NCBI GenBank assembly: GCA_031409275.1 | Contig: JANNXA010000004.1 | Location: 1-46,660, forward strand | DNA: 46,660 nucleotides | Direction: 5' to 3' | Source: Planctomycetota bacterium | Lineage (GTDB): Bacteria > Planctomycetota > B15-G4 > SIAN01 | Program-made: the position numbers and the translations under genes | The notes under the pieces: generated by a model | Told to the model about the DNA's origin: nothing | What the model saw: the letters and a program-made list of their open reading frames with translations, nothing else | The model's database searches: none | Shown here: piece by piece, positions 46,529 through 46,660 of the stretch | How the letters are laid out: each line of letters starts with the position of its first letter | Numbering within the stretch: position 1 is the stretch's first letter

Positions 46529-46660
46529 GTGTCATGAGGTAGAAGTTCGTTGAACAATGTCACGGAGGCGTCGTACTCCTCTACAAGGAGCCGACGATGC
46601 CACGAGGACGCCCCCGCGCTGACCTGAAGCTGACGCCCGAGGAGCGCGCGACGCTCCAGG
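46527..46660 (+). mobile_element. IS630-family insertion sequence, left end (truncated by window)
   Basis: CTAG/TA target-like site followed by the IS630-like end TAGTGTCATGAGGTAGAAGTTCGT, then an RBS and a transposase start. Confidence 0.75.
46597..46660 (+). CDS. IS630 transposase N-terminus (partial)
   Basis: AAGGAG RBS, then MPRGRPRADLKLTPEERATLQ..., a typical IS630 transposase start. Confidence 0.72.
   Translation, partial: MPRGRPRADLKLTPEERATLQ

Larger units (their letters stand above)
20215..46660. mobile_element. tRNA-Gly-integrated genomic island (integrase + primase-polymerase replicon + defence cargo); right end beyond window
   Basis: The integrase starts 111 bp after the tRNA 3' end. 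Housekeeping genes give way abruptly to mobile and defence genes. No attR copy was seen in the window. Confidence 0.85.

Noticed and set aside
46529..46563. Native start of a stand-alone nitrilase at 46535
   Set aside because: The ATG lies inside the putative IS630 terminal repeat and has no RBS. The gene is treated as truncated.
20215..46660. attR direct repeat of the tRNA 3' end
   Set aside because: No copy of CCCTTCACCCGCTCCA was found by eye. It is presumably beyond the window.

Overview
High-GC bacterial chromosomal window, probably Planctomycetota (inferred from the stand-alone SWIB protein, HAL2-type phosphatase, DUF1580-like HTH and integrase type). Bases 1-20.1 kb are ordinary core genes: a monooxygenase-like C-terminus, RmlC-like epimerase, Nudix, degenerate GHMP kinase, Mrp/ApbC plus DUF971, PAP phosphatase, SWIB, a Tat-exported TIM-barrel epimerase, AhpC, SpeA, a permuted aconitase/LeuCD fusion, a 108-bp structured tandem repeat, a sulfatase-like enzyme, DUF2064, feoA-feoA-feoB with a Fur-like box, a transglutaminase lipoprotein and a Fis-type HTH. 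tRNA-Gly(CCC) at 20139-20214 marks the left end of an integrated element that runs off the right edge. It carries a tyrosine integrase, a wHTH protein, a DUF1580-like protein, a primase-polymerase/ATPase replicase and an iteron-like origin, followed by defence cargo. The cargo comprises frameshifted mrr and XRE genes, an intact DUF6361-like/PLD/SF2 helicase operon (Azaca-like), and an opposite-strand cluster. That cluster encodes a nitrilase domain (probably the C-terminal part of an RT-nitrilase cut by an IS630), a 1976-aa DUF1998 helicase fused to a nuclease and a LexA-type S24 domain, and an AddB/AddA-like pair. This last cluster is the best candidate for an undescribed system. All family calls come from motif recognition by eye; no database search was run.
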